The notes under the pieces were generated by a model, which was not told where the DNA came from, searched no databases, and saw only the letters and a program-made list of their open reading frames with translations. From assembly GCA_032718475.1 (NCBI GenBank), contig JAUCBJ010004194.1, positions 1 to 64,000 on the forward strand: a stretch of 64,000 nt of DNA, given 5' to 3'. Origin of the DNA: Nemertoderma westbladi. Lineage: Eukaryota > Animalia > Xenacoelomorpha. A program made the translations under genes and the position numbers. Of this stretch, positions 59,480 through 64,000 are shown piece after piece. Position 1 is the first letter of the stretch; every line of letters starts with the position of its first letter.

Positions 59480-61800
59480 CTCCCAGTATCCAATTTGCCG
59501 GGTGTCCCAGTCACCAGTACTGCATCAGCTCCAGATCTTCAACCCACCAGAGACCACACACCTTTCGGATAAAAGGTTCGGGTTAGGGAAACGGGCCAAT
59601 CGCAAGCCGGCTGGGGATGATAAAGATAACACTGTCCGAATCTTCACACGGATAATGCTGGAGGGGAAGGTCCACAGTGCAGTGCTTTGGATGACGAGAC
59701 GAGAGAGTGGGGGCTTGTTACACCCACACACCAAGGTCGAAATAGAAGGACAAAAGGTCAATGTCCTGTAGATCCTGCGGGCCAAGCAGCCCCCTGCAGC
59801 TCCACCCCCTCAGAATCTTTACTCCAACCAGAATATGAACTCCCAGTTCGCGTGGACACAGATGTTACAGCCTCCCACACAAGTCCGCTTCTCATAGATT
59901 GCATGGACGCGCCAGGCCAGCTGGTTCAAACTCAACCCGCTGGAGCAACTACCTCCTCCGGTATGGTGACCATAGCCCATAGCATTCACGATGCGATTGC
60001 AGGGGTGGCGCGGTCCCTGGCCAACACCATTGTTCCGTGGATTCGGTGTGCACCCTGATGTTGTGTCGGCTGATAGCACTGGACATTTTGGACAAGTGCC
60101 CAGGAGTCTATCCAATTGGCATCGGGGAGTGTTTGCGTTGGATTCTCGGCTGATCTATGGCCGAAGCGATGGGGGATGAGTGGTGCAGAACATCTTTCCA
60201 CTGGCACATCCGCTGGGGTCGAGGCTGCTGTCCACACGATGGCAGAACTGTTAGAGGAGCGGAGTGAGGATGGGTGGGGGGTTCTACTCATAGATGCAAC
60301 AAACTCGTTTAATTCTTTAAACCAGACAGCCACGTTATGGAACGCACGCCAGTTGTGGCCCAGATGCTCCCTGTTTCTTTATAATTGTTACAGGGGGTAC
60401 AGTATCCTAACTGTTCATGGGACCAACGAAGTTCTCTTTAACGAGGAAGGAACCACTCAGGGCGACCCCCTAGCTATGCTAGAGAATTCCATAGGAATCC
60501 GCCTCCAGAAGCCTCCTCAACTGCAAAACTGGTTCGCAGACGATTTGGCTGTGGCTGGTAAACTCGACCTAGTACTCGAGTGATTCCTTGAACTCCAGCG
60601 ATACGACCTAACCCTCAGCTCCTTTCCCGATCCCACAAAAAGCTACCTGGTGGTAGCTCCTTTCTTTTGAGGAGGCTCGGAATGTTTTCACAGGCCGGTA
60701 TATGAACATTGTCTCCAGCCATCGATTCCTCAGCGGTTTCCTTGAGGGTTCTGAAGAGAGGACAACCTACATCCGGACCAAAGTCGCAGCATGGGTAAAG
60801 TCAGTAGATTGTCTAGCTGAGACGGCGGAGGCCCAGCCCCAAGCCGCATTCGCCGCCATGGTATGCTCCCTCCAGCGGGAGTGGGCATATCTACAGAGAG
60901 TAACTCGGGACTGTGGCGAGGAGTACAAGGTGCTGGATGGAGCGCTAGCGGAGTGGTTTCTACCCGCTGTCATTGGTGGCAAAATATCCCCAGCAGAGCG
61001 CAGTTTATTCACGCTCTCCCCCCGCAATGCAGGATTAGGTCTGAGAAATCCAGTAACAGAGGCTGCCTTTTCGTACTTGGTTTCATGGGCAGGAATGAGG
61101 TCTCTAACTGAGTCAATTCTGGGAGATCGTGTGTTCTCTCTAACAGAACACATTTGCTGCATACAGCAGGCACAGAAAGGGGGAAGGGGGTTGGGAGCAG
61201 CAGCTGGTAAGGGAGAAGGACAGTTTAGTAAGGTGCTGGAGGATCTATTGCCAGATCGATGATGGGTAGTAAAACAAGCCGCCGATTTCTGCATGAGCAG
61301 TTGGATATCCTCCCCCCCTCTTGCCTACCACCAACTCGATCTTTCCCCACTTGAATTCAGAGACGCACTCACAATCCACTACGGCTGCCCCTTGGCGTCG
61401 GTGCCAAGCCAAGTGCGATGGATGCGGGGCCTTCTTTGATTTAAAAAACGGTTTAAATTGTAAAAAAGGTGGCCTCGTTATCCAGCGACACAACGAACTC
61501 CGGGACATTGTCGACGACCTTGTATCTTGTGCTTTCAGGCTGCGTAATGATGTCTGCGAACCAGTAGTCCGGGAGGGCCACAGGGTAGATGGGGCTGCAG
61601 GTCTTTGGTGCAACATAGGTATTTGGGGTGCATTAAACCCACAGATTCAGGCATTGTTAAACATTAGGGTTGTAAACATTGACGCCAAGTCATATGTGGG
61701 TCGCACCCTGATGTCTGTACTTGAGTCGGCCGTTTCTGAAAGCTGAGGACTTCATGAATTCATTTAAACAACTGGGAGAGATGTTAGAGTAAGTGCTTAG
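59480..61800 (+). mobile_element. Decayed second CRE-like RLE retrotransposon
   Basis: LDKCPGV.PIGIGE, AGVEAAVH, IDATNSFNS, TTQGDPL, WFADD, CDGC..LNCKKGG..RHNELRD; multiple frameshifts. Confidence 0.85.
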
Positions 61801-63999
61801 CCAATTTTAGGCTTAAAAGCGCTGTCCCTCCTGTAATTACCCATACAGACGGGACACTTTGGGACAAAACACCCTGTAATAGACATTGAATCCAAGGTAA
61901 AATCCTTTAAAAGATGGAAAGACAGACACTGTAAGGGATAAAAAAAGTAAACTTGTAGAACCCTTTTCAGTTTAACATACAATATAGTTTTATAGTATAA
62001 TCAAAACTATCGAATAAAAAATATTGGAATGATTGAATTAAGTGAATCATCGAATTATAATTTGCAATTATTGTTTAGAATTATCGGTACCCCGGTATAT
62101 TAGAGTGAAATGTTTTGATATAGTTATCATATAACATTATAATGCAGAGTTTAAAGGGTAGACACCGGAGTTCCCGTCAGTTTATTTAAAAGATGTCGAG
62201 ATCGTCGAATCCTTCCCCTTCCTCAATCGCGAATCCCCTAAATGGTTCGTGGTCCAAGTGAGCAGTCTTACCATGCTTGAAGCAGGTCAGCTCACAATCA
62301 CCACCACATGATGTATTCATTAAGACTACGTTATCGTCGCCGCAAAACAAAATCTCATGGGCCTTCCCAATTCCTACCACTTTGCAATTGGATCCAGTTT
62401 CTTTTGGGTGGCTTCAATATCGGCCGTTTCGAATGTGATACATTTAATTGTTACCCGTTGGATCACTAGTTGTACCAAGGTATTAAAATCCGGTGTAGCA
62501 CTGAGTACATTCATTCCTATCACTTTATCTAAAGTACGTTTAATTGTTGCACCCACGCCATCAGCAGGGCTCTTCCCATGTCCACTTTCTGTATAAATCC
62601 AGCGTAGAGAGATATCATTAAACTTAGCATAGTCATTAAATAGGTGTACAACGAACCTATTTCTATATTGATTGGATGGAGTCTGAAACGATGACCACGT
62701 GTTTAACATCATCACACTTAATTCAGTCGAGTAACTTTGAGACACTGCATACACTGCTGCTGCACGATGATCGGTGTTTTTGCTAATTGCAGCAAAACTT
62801 TCGGTCGATGCACCAGCAGATCCCTTCCAGACAACGAAACAATGTATCGAGATTGATTCTTGCTGATAGTATGCGGAATGGATCTCTTGAGGTCTAGGGA
62901 CTTTAAAATTTTTGCTCTAATCCATTTGAAGTATCAAGGTATCATTCGCTCGCTTAGCTTTGGCCAGTTTAATGGCTTTGAATTGAGTTACGAACCTATC
63001 AATATGCTCTTTAAGTGCGGTTAGCTGTTCTTTCACTAGCGGAATAAATTGTCTAACAGGAAGTTGTCATTCAACTTTTCGATGAACTTTAATATTATTC
63101 TCATCAGTTACATGCATCGACATTTGGACCTTTATCTGAGTCAATTGGTTGACGATAATGATATCCAAAGTGCTGTAATCGCCATGAAGAGCTAAAGTGT
63201 CTGGCCCTCACTGATGGTGAGACCAACTTAGCTTTTATTAGCGCCTCTATCATAAGTTGTGGGTTCGTACATTGAAGACACATACACGTTCCCTAATCAG
63301 TTGCCTTAGGCTGGATTACATCGGAAGGCCAGTACTTACAAAAAACACTGTAAGAGCATGTATTCTCGGTTTCTTCCTCAAATTGGACGTGATAAATCTT
63401 TTTAAAATCCATATGATACCTCAAAGGCACCTTATTGGTGGCAACTCCCACCTTTCCTGCAATCGAAAGGACATACTCTAGAAACATTGTCCTACCTGGC
63501 AAATGCCTCTATTGATTCCCGCAATGTTTTTTCGTCGTTAGATGTATTGGTTGTATCGGTACTTACCGGATCTCTAAACCGCAATCGACAACCAAGCCGG
63601 CGCATGTTGCTATGAGTACTCGATGACACTGTCTGTGAAATCTTTTTCTTTGTTCGGGGAGTCAAAGAATGAAGTTCCGACAGATTTTCAGCTACAGAAA
63701 CTTTACTTGGACTCTGTTTCTTAAAGAATTTCAACAAGCTTCTTGTTTTTTCGGGTTAGAATATTGTTAGCTGCCAAGGCTTGGTTAAGTTTCACATGCA
63801 ATCTTTGTATTCGAACTTTTTGTCCCAAAGTGTCCCGTCTGTATGGGTAATTACAGGAGGGACAGCGCTTTTAAGCCTAAAATTGGCTAAGCACTTACTC
63901 TAACATCTCTCCCAGTTGTTTAAATGAATTCATGAAGTCCTCAGCTTTCAGAAATGGCCGACTCAAGTACAGACATCAGGGTGCGACCCACATATGACT
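61688..63999. repeat. Near-perfect ~180-bp inverted repeat pair (61688-61869 / 63817-63999)
   Basis: Direct reverse-complement match with about one mismatch; the right arm reaches the window end. Confidence 0.92.
62186..63760 (-). mobile_element. Decayed DDE transposase, Sola2-like
   Basis: QMD..KNF...QEIHSAYY..SISIH, NQYRNRF, ESGHGKSPADGVGATIKR motifs; stops and frameshifts. Confidence 0.7.
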
Positions 64000-64000
64000 C

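Overview
AT-rich animal (most likely invertebrate) nuclear DNA dominated by nested transposable elements; there is no sign of prokaryotic operons, rRNA or CRISPR. Host genes: (i) an intronless 434-aa pentameric ligand-gated ion channel of nAChR/5-HT3 type (13539-14843, -) with no cysteine in its extracellular domain, so the Cys-loop disulfide is absent; (ii) a spliced secreted or surface protein on + (signal peptide-PAN-PAN-EGF-cbEGF-cbEGF..., exons 28578-28863, 31808-32092, 32212-32343, 40995-41135, 52669-52809, all phase-1 introns) that continues beyond the exons found and whose introns hold most of the large elements. The strongest candidate for a new system is an intact 1329-aa CRE-like RLE non-LTR retrotransposon (33806-37795, -). 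It carries an N-terminal Ulp1/SENP (C48) protease with a complete catalytic set, is followed a few bases after its stop codon by a class-A GPCR TM7/helix-8 terminal exon and a (TAA)n tail, and is flanked on both sides by the same TATTGT-type microsatellite. Other elements: a CR1/L2 LINE with a 2A peptide and a PHD finger split by an RTE insertion with a 9-bp TSD, Harbinger (BESS + nuclease), a decayed full-length RTE, a young two-ORF LINE inside a 45-bp satellite, an Ngaro/DIRS tyrosine-recombinase retrotransposon, a decayed second CRE, a Sola2-like transposase, tRNA-SINEs, MITEs/foldbacks and minisatellites. Family assignments come from motif recognition by eye; no database searches were run.
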